52,126 nucleotides of DNA from Candidatus Liptonbacteria bacterium RIFCSPLOWO2_01_FULL_56_20 (GTDB taxonomy: Bacteria > Patescibacteriota > Minisyncoccia > UBA6257 > 2-01-FULL-56-20), in the NCBI GenBank assembly GCA_001818655.1, contig MHLC01000007.1, positions 1 to 52,126 of the forward strand, written 5' to 3'. Shown piece by piece: positions 51,453-52,126 of this stretch. Below the pieces are notes generated by a model. It ran no database searches. It saw only the letters and a program-made list of their open reading frames with translations, and had not been told where the DNA came from. Made by a program: the position numbers and the translations under genes. Each line of letters begins with the position of its first letter. Position 1 is the first letter of the stretch.

Positions 51453-52085
51453 CTATAGTGCAAGGCCGGCTGCGTTTCCTACTTCATAGGTTGAAGTGGA
51501 ATCGCCTCCGTCATTTGACACCACGTCGCCGCCCAAACCGTTGTTGAAGCCGTACTTCGAGCTTTCCATCTTGGCGTCAATTTCAAACGTCAAGTTGGTC
51601 GTGGTCGCCGCATAGGCGTAGTAGAACAAGTAGTCGTTCCTCGGGTCAACCGGTAAATTGCCGAACGGAGCGCCAGAGCTGATCACATTGAAGTTGATCG
51701 GGATCCAGCCCGTTGCGTCGGCTTTCCGGTAATTCGCCAGAGTAAAGCTCGCGTTCTGCCCGCCGTTGCCTTGTCCCACAGTCACGAATACGCCGCAACC
51801 GCTCGACGCAGTTCCATTCCCGGCGTATGTTGAGAGGTAACAAGAGCTGTAGCCATAACTCGATGACGCCAAGTTCGGGTTCACCACGTCTGCTAGGTAG
51901 AGCGCGATGGCGCTTCTGAGCGTCGCAAGGTCAGAGACGCGGTTCGAATCTCGGGCTTGCCGCAGAAGTTCTGCGGGGTTTAAGGCCACTACCACCACCA
52001 CTGCCAAAATCGTGACAATGGCGATAACAATCAAAAGCTCGATGAGCGTAAAACCGCGCGCTTCCTGATTTCGATTCTGTTGCAT
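51453..52085 (-). CDS. major type IV pilin
   Basis: ARGFTLIELLIVIAIVTILAVVVV class III signal/methylation motif. 210 aa. Confidence 0.85.
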   Translation of the reverse strand: MQQNRNQEARGFTLIELLIVIAIVTILAVVVVVALNPAELLRQARDSNRVSDLATLRSAIALYLADVVNPNLASSSYGYSSCYLSTYAGNGTASSGCGVFVTVGQGNGGQNASFTLANYRKADATGWIPINFNVISSGAPFGNLPVDPRNDYLFYYAYAATTTNLTFEIDAKMESSKYGFNNGLGGDVVSNDGGDSTSTYEVGNAAGLAL

Positions 52086-52126
52086 AAGATTCTGCGATAA
52101 AATCGACCTTTTGAAGTTCAGATAGA

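Overview
This 52-kb window is a compact, high-GC chromosome segment (roughly 58-60 % GC by eye). It most likely comes from a Candidate Phyla Radiation / Patescibacteria (Parcubacteria-like) bacterium; that assignment is an inference, based on the str-S10-spc ribosomal superoperon lacking rpmD (L30), many ATGA-coupled genes, a short ValRS, tailed ribosomal proteins and a type IV pilus locus.

Gene content:
- 1-15.7 kb (minus strand): rpsL-rpsG-fusA-tuf-rpsJ...rplO-secY.
- 15.7-20 kb: M50 protease, tRNA-Arg, a small ORF, a low-GC HTH/LAGLIDADG-like gene, tRNA-Lys and recG.
- 20-26.7 kb (minus strand): a surface cluster with an HxH-rich tail-fibre-like protein, a small secreted paralog, a pseudopilin fused to a six-bladed Kelch propeller, a processive GT2 synthase and DoxX.
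- 26.8-33.5 kb: tRNA-Glu followed by a roughly 1-kb low-GC islet, then tsaD, a TrpR/YerC-like regulator flanked by perfect palindromes, valS, prsW, hsp20, rpmB and tRNA-Pro.
- 33.5-44 kb: a candidate structured sRNA, then housekeeping genes (PEGA protein, DUF1003, FNR-like, rmuC, ftsZ, ftsA, ybeY, yqeY, rpsU, HIT, hisS, lepB, pth).
- 44.3-52.1 kb: a type IV pilus operon (pilMN fusion, minor pilins, pilC, pilB, major pilin).

The most unusual signal is at DNA level. Short GC-rich hairpin-forming elements of at least two related families sit in intergenic spacers of the ribosomal operon. They also sit in-frame inside the essential genes valS (twice) and recG. The three family-A copies keep their stems complementary while changing stem sequence.

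A second recurring pattern is a relic copy of a gene's 3' end left just downstream of the working 3' end. It occurs at four loci: rpsL, the GT2 gene, tRNA-Arg and a small ORF.

All family calls rest on motif recognition by eye. No database search or folding program was run.
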